A DNA stretch of 64,000 nt, taken from Promethearchaeota archaeon (lineage in GTDB: Archaea; Asgardarchaeota; Lokiarchaeia; Sigyniarchaeales; SOKP01). Location of the stretch: positions 39,084 to 103,083 of the forward strand of contig JAEOTR010000030.1 of the NCBI GenBank assembly GCA_016839705.1. Direction: 5' to 3'. The translations under genes were made by a program, and so were the position numbers. The notes below the pieces were generated by a model. That model saw nothing but the letters and a program-made list of their open reading frames with translations. It did no database searches and had not been told where the DNA came from. This document shows positions 9,461-19,330 of the stretch, piece by piece (within the stretch, counting starts at the first letter, position 1; each line of letters opens with the position of its first letter).

Positions 9461-10486
9461 TTAACTATAATAGAGAATTTTCCGATTTTTTTCAATAGAG
9501 TGTACTAAACCTTGATTTTCAAGGAAAAATAAATGTCCAAGCGTTTCTGAAAGAGCTAAGAATGAATTTGTATCATCTAACTCCCCAAAATGTAATTGGG
9601 AAATTTCTAAGGGTGTTCGAGCTTTATCTTTAATTACCCGTGATATATCTGCTAACCTATTTTTATGATGTTCCTTAATCTCTGAAATACGCTTATGAGG
9701 ATCATAGATTATTTCTTGGTGAGCGGGAAATATTATTTTAGGCCCAAGCTTGTCAATTCGATCTAAAGAATCTAAATAATGGCTAAGGATGTTGTTAAAG
9801 TCATAACCTTCATATTGTTCAGTAAGAAATCTTGGTACAATATAATTTCCGATATGAGGAGTTATCCGTGATAGGATATGGTCCCCAACAAACAAATATT
9901 TAGTCTTCGTATTAAACAAACAGATATGACCAAAACTATGCCCGGGTGTCCAAATAACCTCTAAGTCATTAAGGATCTTATCTCCATCATGTAAAATTAT
10001 ATCTGGTTTTTGATACTGACGTAATTTAGGCCAATAACTAAGAAATGATATCACTCTTTCGGACTGACTTTCATTAAAACCATATGTTATCATTTGGTTT
10101 GCGATTTTTGTAGCTTCTCTTTCAATCTCACTTAGATTTTCTTGCTCAGTTTCCCATTTAAGAGTTTCATAGGTGATGTGATGCATTAGAAGCTTGAGAT
10201 CCGGATTCCTTTTCTTTAAGGTGGGAGCTAATCCAACATGATCAGTATGATTGTGAGAAATAAAGCAATAATCAATATCTTGAAGTGAAATATTAATTTT
10301 TTTAAGAGCTGAAAAGAATAACTTACTCCAGTTTGCCATGTTTAATCCTGAATCGAAAAGGATTTTACTCCCCTTATGGTCAAAAAGATACACACTTACG
10401 TTTTTTACTGACCATGGTACATCAATTTTAATTTGATGGACATCTTCAATTTTATTTATTTCAGAGTTAAAACTTGAGAAGTACAA
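9461..10486 (-). CDS. MBL-fold metallo-hydrolase with C-terminal wHTH
   Basis: SHNHTDHVG, TPGHSFGH, GDH and PAH motifs. Confidence 0.92.
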   Translation of the reverse strand: MYFSSFNSEINKIEDVHQIKIDVPWSVKNVSVYLFDHKGSKILFDSGLNMANWSKLFFSALKKINISLQDIDYCFISHNHTDHVGLAPTLKKRNPDLKLLMHHITYETLKWETEQENLSEIEREATKIANQMITYGFNESQSERVISFLSYWPKLRQYQKPDIILHDGDKILNDLEVIWTPGHSFGHICLFNTKTKYLFVGDHILSRITPHIGNYIVPRFLTEQYEGYDFNNILSHYLDSLDRIDKLGPKIIFPAHQEIIYDPHKRISEIKEHHKNRLADISRVIKDKARTPLEISQLHFGELDDTNSFLALSETLGHLFFLENQGLVHSIEKNRKILYYS

Positions 10487-10652
10487 CGCAAATTAGACCT
10501 GTAATAGTAGTGAATATAATAATTAAACTCCGAATTTTTACTTTCGTATTTATGCTTTCCCATTAGTTTAATATCATTCTAAACCAAAAAACAAAATTAT
10601 AAAAGTTCAAAAAAAAATTATATATCTACTTTAAAATATACCAATTAAAAAG

Positions 10653-12143
10653 ATGATAGAAAAGATGGAAAGAGAGTTAGAAAAAGATTTATCGAAAATT
10701 CTCAAGAAAGAAAAGTTTCAAGGAAATATGATTGGTTACATGTCAAAAGTAGGAAAGTTATTACTTTTTGTGCTTCCAGTTCTTCTAGTAATAGTAACAA
10801 TATTTACATTATTCATTCCACTTAGTTTTACATTAAATATAATTTTCTATACGATTTTAGCACTTTATTTATTCAATTCAATTATGCTATTTCTAGGGGC
10901 TAGTTCTACTGAATCATCACTAAAGATGCGCTTAAATTTTGAAAGGAAAAGAGGGAGACCTATTGATAGTCTTGATGGATTTGATTTATTATCCAACAAT
11001 GTAAAGAGAGTTACTAATTTATTGAAAATAATTGCACTCGTTTGCCTCGTTGCATTAGCGTTGTTTGTTATAATGCTTTTCATGGGAGACTTAAATTTAG
11101 GATTTGCAGCTGCAGGGTTCTCATTAATAGGTTTTGGTTTGGCGTTATTAATCAGAAGTTTAAATCTTAACATTCATGATGTTAACGGCCTCCAAGATTT
11201 CTATAAACCTACCACTCACCAGATATTTTTAGATAATTTTTTCGGAGAAATATTATCAAACCATTTAGATCCTGTTACATTCCTCAAATGGGATGAATAC
11301 CTTACAGAGATTAACAAAATATTAACACTTAGTTTTGTACAAAAAATAAAAGAAGAGGAACCTGATGAGCTACCCATTACGTTTGCCATAGAAAAGATAC
11401 TTTTTCTCTACTATTTGAAGTTCCAAGATGTTTTAACTGAAGATCAGTTTGTTCAAGAATTAAAAGAAGTAATCAAAGTTGATTCAGATACGTTTGATAT
11501 TAACAAAGGTATGCTAATAGAAAATATATGGCATTTTTCCCAAAGGGATATCGGTAAGTTATTTTCCTATATCAAAAAATTCAATCCTGGATTTTTCAAC
11601 ATAATAGATAGACTACAACTAGAATTAGCAGATAATATTGAACGATTATCAAAAGATCCAATTTATATGGATTCGACTGCTCAAGAAGTTGTATTTTTGA
11701 ATTCAGAATTGAATATATTTTGCTTCTTATATAACAATTCTCCAAGAGCTAAAAAATATATCATAAAGGTAAATGCACCGGGATTTGAACCGAATAAATT
11801 AAAACTTGATATAGAAGTAGAAGGGCGGGGAACTTTTTTAATACCTGATAAGCCTATACCCTTAATTTCGTCTGAAGGAAGAGATATCGCAGGAGTATTA
11901 TCAAATATGCTAGAGAATGGAGATACAACATGGTTAACTTTAGAACCGAGGGAAACAGGAGAACAAACTATCCAAATATTCTTACTTTCAGAGGATGGAA
12001 CAATTATCGAAGGAAAAACGCGTTCAGTGAAAGTTTCAAAAGATATAAAAACTTATTTGAAGAAATTCAGCTCTATCGGTTCCCTCCTTGGTGGATTAGC
12101 TGTACCCTTAGCTAAAATATTGCCTTCTCTTCTTGCAGCTTAA
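10653..12143 (+). CDS. Hypothetical membrane protein (4 N-terminal TMs, beta-rich C-terminal domain)
   Basis: Long ORF with hydrophobic segments; no family recognised. Confidence 0.7.
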   Translation: MIEKMERELEKDLSKILKKEKFQGNMIGYMSKVGKLLLFVLPVLLVIVTIFTLFIPLSFTLNIIFYTILALYLFNSIMLFLGASSTESSLKMRLNFERKRGRPIDSLDGFDLLSNNVKRVTNLLKIIALVCLVALALFVIMLFMGDLNLGFAAAGFSLIGFGLALLIRSLNLNIHDVNGLQDFYKPTTHQIFLDNFFGEILSNHLDPVTFLKWDEYLTEINKILTLSFVQKIKEEEPDELPITFAIEKILFLYYLKFQDVLTEDQFVQELKEVIKVDSDTFDINKGMLIENIWHFSQRDIGKLFSYIKKFNPGFFNIIDRLQLELADNIERLSKDPIYMDSTAQEVVFLNSELNIFCFLYNNSPRAKKYIIKVNAPGFEPNKLKLDIEVEGRGTFLIPDKPIPLISSEGRDIAGVLSNMLENGDTTWLTLEPRETGEQTIQIFLLSEDGTIIEGKTRSVKVSKDIKTYLKKFSSIGSLLGGLAVPLAKILPSLLAA

Positions 12144-12227
12144 AAAATTAATCTTCTTTTTTTTCTCTTTTTTGTTTAGAATAATTTTAAATTTAAAATC
12201 TGAGATTATATTGCAAGTGAACTAAAT

Positions 12228-12971
12228 TTGAATACTGATTATTTTGATAAAAAAGCAGCAGAGCTAGCTTACATGAAATCAGAATCGTTTGAATTTCTAG
12301 CTCATGATATAAACAATATTTTTAATAATGTTCGAAGTTCTACTGATTTATGTAGGATATTTTTAGACAATTCAAGTCAAATTAATAAAGTATATGAACA
12401 ATTCGATCTTATTAGTGGGCAAATAGCCCGAGGAATTAAGTTAATATCAAATGCTCGAAACTTAACTCAATTTAACAAATTAAATCGCTCAATTTTACAA
12501 ATTACTTTAATTGAACCTTTATCTAGAGCCATTAAGTTCGTAGAAAAGAATTTTCGGGATAAAAAATTAACTATTAATGTTAATTCCTTTGATAAGAAAA
12601 TTTCTATAGAAGCCAATGAATTAATTGTTGAAGTATTTGAGAATCTTTTAGTTAATGCGGTACTCCATAATTTAAATTATTCCGTTGAAGTTACTGTTCA
12701 GATCACGCAAATATTAAAAGATAATCAGAATTATATAAAAATCCAATTTATAGACAATGGAATAGGTATATCTGATGATCGGAAGAAATGGATTTTTAAT
12801 AGCAGCTTTATAAAAGATAAACATGGCAAAGGGATGGGCTTCGGATTATCCCTAATAAAAGAAATTATCAACACTTATGGTGGATTTATTTGGGTTGAGA
12901 ATAGAATCAAGGGGAATTATTCCAAGGGCTGTAATTTCGTAATGTTAATCCCAGCTGGTTCCGAAAAATAA
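12228..12971 (+). CDS. Sensor-less histidine kinase (HisKA + HATPase)
   Basis: AHDINN H-box, ENLLVNA N-box, DNGIGI and GMGFGL G-boxes. Confidence 0.88.
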   Translation: MNTDYFDKKAAELAYMKSESFEFLAHDINNIFNNVRSSTDLCRIFLDNSSQINKVYEQFDLISGQIARGIKLISNARNLTQFNKLNRSILQITLIEPLSRAIKFVEKNFRDKKLTINVNSFDKKISIEANELIVEVFENLLVNAVLHNLNYSVEVTVQITQILKDNQNYIKIQFIDNGIGISDDRKKWIFNSSFIKDKHGKGMGFGLSLIKEIINTYGGFIWVENRIKGNYSKGCNFVMLIPAGSEK

Positions 12972-13201
12972 TAAATAAATCTAAATTGCCATAAATCCAC
13001 AGATAGAATTAGGGATTAGATATTTTATACATGGGAAAATCACCAAAATTTTAGCAGATAAGTTTAAATAAAATTAGTCGACTATTTTTGTGGTTTAACA
13101 CGTTTGTTGATTTTGATCAAAATTAGATGAATATATTGTTTTTAAGAATATTTAAAAATCGTTTATTATTAATATGATGAATTATGAGGTTAGTTGGCTA
13201 G

Positions 13202-14806
13202 TTGGTAGTATCAGAACTTTATGAATCGGAAAAAATTTTCAAGGAACTTATTGAAAACATCAGTAGTGGTGTAGCTATTTATGAAACTACTGATCAGGGA
13301 AAAAATTTCACAATTCGAGAAATGAATAAAGCAGGGTTATCTATATGTGAAGCCACACGACAAGAGATTATAGGAAAAAATCTATCTGAATTATTCCCTA
13401 ATGTAGAAGATTTTGGTTTCGTTGGTACATTAAAGAGAGTATGGAAGACAGGGAAACCAGAACATTCTCCAACAGCATTCTATCAAGATACTAGAGTTGA
13501 TGGTTGGACTGAAATGTATATTTATAGATTATCTTCTGATAAAGTGGTTGCGATTTTTGATAGACAGTCAGAGATCATTGAGGCTAAAGAACGAAGTGAA
13601 GCACTATCCGTTTTAAATAAGATTATCACATTAGGTAATGAATCCACGACTCTTCAAGAGTTTTTAGAAAAATCTTATGATCACCTGTTGGATGTTGTAA
13701 GTTTTGACCGAGGAGGAATCTATCTTTATGATCCTGAAACTCATCATAATACACTTGTTCTTCATAAAAATGTCCATCCTGATTTTATAACTGCTGTAAA
13801 AGATGTAGATATATCTGAAGGTCTCTTCAGCAAGGTATTTGATAAAAATAATCCATTCTATATCGAAGATTTTTCAAAATTCATGGAAGATTCGAAAAAA
13901 CTCGGAGTACATTCTGCTGCCATAGTTCCACTTCGCTCTAAGGACGAATATGTCGGAAGTATGAATGTAGCGTCTTCATCTCATCAAGATCTATCCCAAT
14001 ATGAATTGGAGTTACTGGTTGCGATTGGTAAACAAATGGGAATTATCATTCAGAAATTTGAATCTGAAAAACTTCTTAAAGAATCAGAGGAAAAATATCG
14101 TAAAGCCTATTATCAAGCTAATCTTTATAGAGATATTTTTGCTCACGATATAAACAATATGCTCCAGAATATTCAATCTTCATCGGAACTTAGTTCTCTT
14201 TATCTGAACAATCCTGAAAAATTACATACATTAAAGGAATTATACGACATTATAACGGAACAAATTGAAAGAGGTAAAAAATTAATTGATAACGTCAGAA
14301 AAATAAATATCATAGATGAGTCTGAAGTTATTTTAGAAAAAGTTGAAATCATTCGATTCTTAAAAAAAGCAATTGAATATCTTAAAAATAGTTTTCAAAC
14401 AAGAGACATTGATGTTCAAATTAATAGCTCAGAAAAAAAACTCTACGTAATTGCAAATAATTTCTTATTAGATGTATTTGAAAATATTTTAATTAATGCT
14501 GTAAGACATAACAATAAATCTAAAATTGAAATCAGTTTGGAGATCACTAAGTATCATTCAAATGATATGGAGTATATCAAACTAGAATTTAAGGATAATG
14601 CGATAGGCATCTCTGATTACCGTAAGAAAAGTATATTTGAAAAAGGGAAGCAGAGGAGCTTAAACAGCAAGGGAATGGGTCTTGGGCTATCCCTGGTAAA
14701 AAAAATAACTGAAAGTTATAATGGTGTCATTTGGGTTGAAGATAGAGTTAAAGGAGATTATACACAAGGTAGTAATTTTGTAATACTACTCCAAGAAGCT
14801 ACATAG
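13202..14806 (+). CDS. PAS-GAF histidine kinase
   Basis: N-terminal PAS, GAF (VPLRSKDEYVG), AHDINN, ENILINA and GMGLGL. Confidence 0.9.
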   Translation: MVVSELYESEKIFKELIENISSGVAIYETTDQGKNFTIREMNKAGLSICEATRQEIIGKNLSELFPNVEDFGFVGTLKRVWKTGKPEHSPTAFYQDTRVDGWTEMYIYRLSSDKVVAIFDRQSEIIEAKERSEALSVLNKIITLGNESTTLQEFLEKSYDHLLDVVSFDRGGIYLYDPETHHNTLVLHKNVHPDFITAVKDVDISEGLFSKVFDKNNPFYIEDFSKFMEDSKKLGVHSAAIVPLRSKDEYVGSMNVASSSHQDLSQYELELLVAIGKQMGIIIQKFESEKLLKESEEKYRKAYYQANLYRDIFAHDINNMLQNIQSSSELSSLYLNNPEKLHTLKELYDIITEQIERGKKLIDNVRKINIIDESEVILEKVEIIRFLKKAIEYLKNSFQTRDIDVQINSSEKKLYVIANNFLLDVFENILINAVRHNNKSKIEISLEITKYHSNDMEYIKLEFKDNAIGISDYRKKSIFEKGKQRSLNSKGMGLGLSLVKKITESYNGVIWVEDRVKGDYTQGSNFVILLQEAT

Positions 14807-14947
14807 CAGTTTTATCTTCAGTTTTTCGTTTTTGATTTTAGTAATAGCATTATAAGTTTATGAAGAACATATAATTCAATCCTTCCTTCTATTTCTATTT
14901 AAATTATTAATATAAACTTTAAAAATGATATAGACAAGAATGAAATT

Positions 14948-16471
14948 ATGGAAACTTATGACTTAGTAGTTATTGGAAGTGGAGCGGGTTTAAGTGTTTT
15001 GAATGTAGGCCTACAAGTCGGGATGAAATGTGCGCTAGTTGAGGATACAAAATTGGGAGGTACGTGCTTAACACGAGGTTGTATTCCTTCTAAGGTGTTA
15101 GTTCATCCCGCAGATTTAATTCGAGAAGCTCAACATGCAAAAAAGGTTGGAGTTCATCTAAATATTGAAAAAATTGATTGGGATTTAATTTCAAAAAGAA
15201 TGTGGTCACAGATTGACGAAAATAAGCAAATGGAGGAAGGATTATCACATGTACCAAACCTAAAAATGTTTAGAGGTATTGGTGAATTTGTTGGAGAATA
15301 TGAAATGGAAGTTAAGTCTCGTGATGGTAAGGAGAGTATTGGAAGATTTAAAGGTGAAAAATTTGTTATAGCATCAGGTGCACGCACTATTATACCCCCA
15401 ATTGAAGATTTAGAAGAAGTAGGTTTTGTAACCAGTAGAACTTTTTTTGGAGATAAATTCCCTAAACAACCATGGAAAAGTCTTATAATTATTGGTGGAG
15501 GTGTGATTGCCGCTGAGTTTGCCCATATTTTCTCCGCAATGGGAACTGAGGTTACTATAATAGAAATGCTTCCACGTTTAATAACAACAGAAGAACCTGA
15601 GATTAGTGAATTTTTAGAGCAGAATTTCAAGAAGCATATGACCGTTTATGTTAATTATAGAGCAATTAAAGCCAAAGGAAAAAAAAAAAATAAAGCTATT
15701 ATCGCCCAAAATATGAACGACGGTAAAGAAATTGAAGTTTCTGCCGAAGAAATTCTTATTGCTACTGGACGACGCTCAAATGCAGATATTTTAAAAGTAA
15801 ATATGACTGGTATTGAAACTGATGAAAAAGGATGGATTAAGACAAATAAATACTTAGAAACCAGTAAAAAGAATATCTGGTGTTTTGGTGACGCTAATGG
15901 ACTTTATCAATTTCGACATAAAGCAAATTATGAAGCAGAAATCTGTACTAATAATATTTTCGGACCAGAAGACCAAAAAAAGTCTGCTGACTATTCTACT
16001 GTACCTTGGGCAATCTTTACCCATCCTCAAGTAGGACACGTCGGAATGACCCAAGCAGAAGCAGTTGAAAAAGGTCATGAGATATTTGTAGCAAAAAAGA
16101 ATTATTCTACTATTGCTAAAGGTTTTGCTATGGGTTTTAGTGCAGATGATGTAGATGACGGATTTGTTAAATTAATAGTTGATAAATCTTATCGGCTTCT
16201 AGGTGCTCATGTAGTTGGTCCTCACGCTGCTATTTTAGTCCAGCCATTTGTGTATTTGATGAATTCGGGATTCACATGTTCATTACCAGAACCTCAAAGT
16301 GAAATTAATATTCCTAAATTAGAAAAAGCTTGCCCGGAAGCAGGTTCTTTTATGCCGATATACAATTCAATGGTTATTCATCCCTCTCTTAATGAAGTTA
16401 CTGGTTGGGCAATCGGGAATTTGAAACCGATTAATATAAAAATGGAAAACCATGAACATCATCATAGTTAG
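14948..16471 (+). CDS. Class I pyridine nucleotide-disulfide oxidoreductase (mycothione reductase/Lpd-like)
   Basis: GGTCLTRGCIPSK, YQFRHKANYEA and IHPSLNE motifs; His-rich tail. Confidence 0.85.
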   Translation: METYDLVVIGSGAGLSVLNVGLQVGMKCALVEDTKLGGTCLTRGCIPSKVLVHPADLIREAQHAKKVGVHLNIEKIDWDLISKRMWSQIDENKQMEEGLSHVPNLKMFRGIGEFVGEYEMEVKSRDGKESIGRFKGEKFVIASGARTIIPPIEDLEEVGFVTSRTFFGDKFPKQPWKSLIIIGGGVIAAEFAHIFSAMGTEVTIIEMLPRLITTEEPEISEFLEQNFKKHMTVYVNYRAIKAKGKKKNKAIIAQNMNDGKEIEVSAEEILIATGRRSNADILKVNMTGIETDEKGWIKTNKYLETSKKNIWCFGDANGLYQFRHKANYEAEICTNNIFGPEDQKKSADYSTVPWAIFTHPQVGHVGMTQAEAVEKGHEIFVAKKNYSTIAKGFAMGFSADDVDDGFVKLIVDKSYRLLGAHVVGPHAAILVQPFVYLMNSGFTCSLPEPQSEINIPKLEKACPEAGSFMPIYNSMVIHPSLNEVTGWAIGNLKPINIKMENHEHHHS

Positions 16472-16511
16472 ATTAAAATAATAGAGAATACTCAGTTTGA
16501 AATCCTAATTT

Positions 16512-16550
16512 CTTCCTTTTTTAAAAAGGAGGTAACTCCTCTAAAGGAAG
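16512..16550 (+). terminator. 3' hairpin after the oxidoreductase gene
   Basis: CTTCCTTT/AAAGGAAG outer stem; AGGAG-GTAA-CTCCT inner stem-loop; T-rich sequence follows. Confidence 0.45.
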
Positions 16551-16673
16551 TAATTTTATTCTTTTATTACCAGAAGCAAATTAAGATATTTTAAGCATTT
16601 TTATTCTTTCCCTATCTTACTATATTTACTATACCATCAACTATTTAGATTCCTAAACTAATATTAAGATCAG

Positions 16674-18527
16674 ATGGTAACTAAAATCAATACTATTAGA
16701 GAAGGAGGAAAAATAGGTCAAATTTTTACTCCAAATTATATTGCTAAATTTATTGTAAAAAACTTATTTGATTTTATTCCTAGCAAGGTTAGTAACCCTC
16801 AGACATTAAGGATATTAGAACCATCTGCAGGAGAGGGCGTTTTTATTAAATTTCTTTTAAAAAATGGCTTTTCAGATATTACTGCTTATGAAATGGACAG
16901 TACTTTGAAAAATTCCTTAGTAAAATTATATCCATCTGTAAAATTCAAATTCGATAATTTCTTAGGCTCAGATCTTAATGAAAAATTTGATATAATAATC
17001 GGAAATCCTCCCTATTTAGGTCAAAACTATAATGCTGAAATTTTTCAAAATTATGTAAGAAAATACCCTATTTGCGCTAGATATTTTGTAGGAAATATGG
17101 ATTTATTTTATTTTTTCATTCACTTAGGCATAGAAAAATTGAATCCAGGTGGACTTCTCACTTATATCACAACAAATTATTGGATTACTAAATCCCAAAA
17201 AACCGGTATAAAATTATTAAAGCCACATATATTAGATGAATGTTTTCTGCTTCAATATATCGATTTATCAAACTTAAACATATTTGAAGCCGCAAGAGGG
17301 CAACACAATTGTATTTTCGTATTACAAAAAAAGACAGAGCAAGAAAAAATTAAAAAGATAAATAAAGATATTCAAATAATTCAAACCGTAAATGCAAATA
17401 ATTCTCAAAAGATAGGTGAGCTTCAGAATAAAAAAATATTCAGAGATTTAATCCAAAAAGTAGATTCTAGATATCTAAAGAAATATTTTTCAGCATTAAC
17501 AAATAACAATTTACAGCGAAATCATAATTGGAACTTAATCTACCCAAAAGAAGTAAAGGAGGTTGTAACCAAAATCGAAAATTACTGTAAGAAATCAAGA
17601 AAGGTTCTAAAATTACAAGATTACTTCATTATACGAAATGGGTTGATTTTGGTTAATGATAATATTTTTATCTTAAAAGAAGGTAAGGACTTAAAAATTG
17701 AAAACAACAGCTATTATGTTCAAATTAATGGAGAATTTATCAAACTCAATGAATTTGAAAAGGAAAGACTTAAAAAAATATACAAAAGCAAATCTATTAA
17801 ATCTTATGGATATAATAACGATAGTTTCATAGGATATTTATTATATTTCAACAAAAGCGAATTTAATCAACAATCATTAATGAAGCGAAAAAAATCTCTT
17901 GAGGAGAAGTACCCCACTCTCACTAAATACCTTAAACAATTTGAAAAAAAATTACGAAAGATCTTAATTAACGCTAAGGAAAATCCTGAAGATTTTTATT
18001 ATCCAAGAAGAGGTTCTTTTATACGAAGAACTGAAGAAGATGGGAAAGATACTTTGGTAGATCTTGAACCTTTCTACGATGATGCCCAAAAGATCTTCTT
18101 TAAATTCATTTCAAATGAAAATATTTTTGGATACTCCCATGACTCCTACTATGCCACCTCAGATACGTATTTCCTCTGGCCTTTAAAAAATAAAAATACA
18201 GACTATTTATTTACCCTTGCGTATTTAAATTCAAAACTCGTTTACTTCTTATATAAAGCTAAAAACATTGTCATCAAAAGAAGTAAAACTAAGCTCGAAC
18301 ATGATTTAACTGTTCCCAACCTTAAAGCTTTCGAATCTACCGAAAAAAAGGGTATAGTAGATTTGATAAGAACTCTTTCTTTTCTATTAATAAATAACAA
18401 TGAGAATGATCATGCTATAAATACTATACAAAATATTATAGATACACTATTTTTTAAGCTCTTTGACCTAGATGAAATTATACTCAATAACTTATTAAGC
18501 AAATATTATAATTTACCGTTAAACTAA
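16674..18527 (+). CDS. N6-adenine DNA methyltransferase (TaqI/Eco57I-like), no adjacent nuclease
   Basis: GQIFTP, ILEPSAGEG, IIGNPPY, DLFYFF and LAYLNS motifs. Confidence 0.88.
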   Translation: MVTKINTIREGGKIGQIFTPNYIAKFIVKNLFDFIPSKVSNPQTLRILEPSAGEGVFIKFLLKNGFSDITAYEMDSTLKNSLVKLYPSVKFKFDNFLGSDLNEKFDIIIGNPPYLGQNYNAEIFQNYVRKYPICARYFVGNMDLFYFFIHLGIEKLNPGGLLTYITTNYWITKSQKTGIKLLKPHILDECFLLQYIDLSNLNIFEAARGQHNCIFVLQKKTEQEKIKKINKDIQIIQTVNANNSQKIGELQNKKIFRDLIQKVDSRYLKKYFSALTNNNLQRNHNWNLIYPKEVKEVVTKIENYCKKSRKVLKLQDYFIIRNGLILVNDNIFILKEGKDLKIENNSYYVQINGEFIKLNEFEKERLKKIYKSKSIKSYGYNNDSFIGYLLYFNKSEFNQQSLMKRKKSLEEKYPTLTKYLKQFEKKLRKILINAKENPEDFYYPRRGSFIRRTEEDGKDTLVDLEPFYDDAQKIFFKFISNENIFGYSHDSYYATSDTYFLWPLKNKNTDYLFTLAYLNSKLVYFLYKAKNIVIKRSKTKLEHDLTVPNLKAFESTEKKGIVDLIRTLSFLLINNNENDHAINTIQNIIDTLFFKLFDLDEIILNNLLSKYYNLPLN

Positions 18528-18605
18528 TCTCTTGGCGCTTTATCTCCTTATTTTTCAGAAACGATAAGTTTTTATAGATCATTTCGCATAATTTAATCAT
18601 AAGTT

Positions 18606-18622
18606 GTCAATTAAAAATTGAC
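18606..18622. promoter_or_regulatory. Palindromic operator of the heat-shock operon
   Basis: GTCAATT-AAA-AATTGAC downstream of a TATA box (TTTTTATA, 18569-18576). Confidence 0.6.
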
Positions 18623-18645
18623 GTTTGAGAAAATCAAGGTGGTAA

Positions 18646-19266
18646 ATGTTGAAGGATGATTTTAATGATTTTATTGAAAAGATAAAGAAACATTTTAAAT
18701 TAGATTCAGATATGTTTGATATTGATTTTTTATTTCTTCCAGAATCTGAAATAAAACGAGGAAGAGCTCCTGATAATGATAAAATTAAGGGTTTTAAGAT
18801 CTCATATCATTTTGAGAGTGGTATGGAAAAACCAGAAATAAAAATTGAAGGAAATGTTGATAATAAGAAGGTGTGGGAATATTTGAAGAATGCTGATTTA
18901 TCTAAGCTCCCAAACGTAAGAGAACTTTATGAATCCGAACCTACGCAAGAAATTGATGCAAATTCTCTCTCTTTAGAGTCTTATGAAGAAGAGTATGAAG
19001 ATGATGAATTATTATTTTTAGAACCCTATTCAGAAGTATGTAATAATGAAGGATTTACTGAAGTTCTCATAGAAATTCCTGGAATTGATCAAAAAGATGT
19101 GGAAATCAGTTTCAGAGACAAGGGAAAAGAGTTAGTTTTTAGAGCAGTAAATGAAAACAGAAAATATATGACAACGGTGGCTCTACCGTTTCAATCATCT
19201 GAAGAGAATTGTGAAATGGAAGTAAATAATGGATTAGCTATAATAAAATTGAGTAATTCTATTTAA
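18646..19266 (+). CDS. Hsp20/alpha-crystallin domain protein
   Basis: EVLIEIPGIDQKDV and VNNGLAIIKL motifs; upstream of cdc48. Confidence 0.8.
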   Translation: MLKDDFNDFIEKIKKHFKLDSDMFDIDFLFLPESEIKRGRAPDNDKIKGFKISYHFESGMEKPEIKIEGNVDNKKVWEYLKNADLSKLPNVRELYESEPTQEIDANSLSLESYEEEYEDDELLFLEPYSEVCNNEGFTEVLIEIPGIDQKDVEISFRDKGKELVFRAVNENRKYMTTVALPFQSSEENCEMEVNNGLAIIKLSNSI

Positions 19267-19330
19267 AAATTAGATAATTAGATTTATTTATTGTAAATAA
19301 CCTAATATTAAGTGAGGAGTTGAAAAAAGT

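Noticed and set aside
16512-16550. Hairpin considered as a SECIS element
   Set aside because: No AUGA/GA core, and the upstream gene has no in-frame UGA.
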